The notes under the pieces were generated by a model that was not told where the DNA came from, did not search any database, and was given only the letters and a program-made list of their open reading frames with translations. From Obrimoposthia wandeli (lineage: Eukaryota), in the NCBI GenBank assembly GCA_977020255.1, contig CDROCS010003914.1, positions 248,001 to 312,000 on the forward strand: a stretch of DNA of 64,000 nucleotides, given 5' to 3'. Shown here piece after piece: positions 63,617 to 64,000 of the stretch. Position 1 is the stretch's first letter. Every line of letters begins with the position of its first letter. The translations under genes and the position numbers were made by a program.

Positions 63617-64000
63617 TTAGGCGGGGTAAAAATAGTCTATAGGCATTGGTCTACTGACTAAATAGCCTTGTATCATATCGGCTCCCCAATCAGTGACCAT
63701 TGAATACTGCTGCGATGTTTCTATTCCTTCACAGATCACAATCATGTTGAGTTCATGTGCCAATTTAATCATGCTGCTGGCGATAATGGCATAGCCGTCA
63801 TTACTATTACTATGATCAATAAAGCTCTTATCAATTTTCAAATATTCGAAAGAAAAATTCAGAAGGTAACTGAGGGAGGAATAACCAGTGCCAAAATCAT
63901 CCACGGCAAGTTTGAAACCAATATTTTTAAGTTCTCGAAACCTTAGCTTTGTAAGTTCGGGGTCTAACATGGCTGCAGTTTCAGTGACTTCGAAAGTAAT
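63617..64000 (-). CDS. EAL-domain (c-di-GMP phosphodiesterase-like) protein, C-terminal part; runs off the window
   Basis: FEVTETA; LAVDDFGTGYSSLSYL; LKIDKSF; ICEGIET; IQGYLVSRP. Confidence 0.92.
   Translation of the reverse strand: MTFEVTETAAMLDPELTKLRFRELKNIGFKLAVDDFGTGYSSLSYLLNFSFEYLKIDKSFIDHSNSNDGYAIIASSMIKLAHELNMIVICEGIETSQQYSMVTDWGADMIQGYLVSRPMPIDYFYPA

Overview
Low-GC chromosomal window from a gammaproteobacterium. A marine Oceanospirillales/Pseudomonadales-like lineage is inferred from fabY, the fur-recN-grpE order, smpB-NSS transporter-ratA and flgOPT. Bases 1 to ~12885 are the ssrA-proximal part of an AT-rich genomic island integrated at the 3' end of the tmRNA gene. The island holds decayed IS6, IS256, IS1182 and tyrosine recombinase + IS91 elements, type I restriction-modification scraps, two 151-bp IS1182-type MITEs and small cargo modules (FlaR-like kinase, ABM-like protein + LysR) bounded by a short GTCYGCTT repeat. 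It also holds one large intact ORF, an ~870-aa UL9/CyRepA1-like SF2 helicase-type replication protein, with a candidate palindromic origin in its leader, plus a 47-bp direct repeat pair and an orphan triple res-like site. From 12886 onward the window is mostly core genome: ssrA, degQ, smpB, ratAB, bamE, fur, recN, grpE-dnaK-dnaJ, cysE, dapB, a pilU-like gene, lnt-corC-ybeY-phoH-miaB, epmB-efp-epmA, flgPOT, an OmpA-family gene, fabY, tatD, prfC, an ArsR/permease pair, a BKACE, a full five-step hut cluster with an unusually long HutU, and a partial EAL gene. Several ~140-165 bp inverted-repeat elements sit in intergenic regions. All calls come from motif recognition by eye; no database searches were run.
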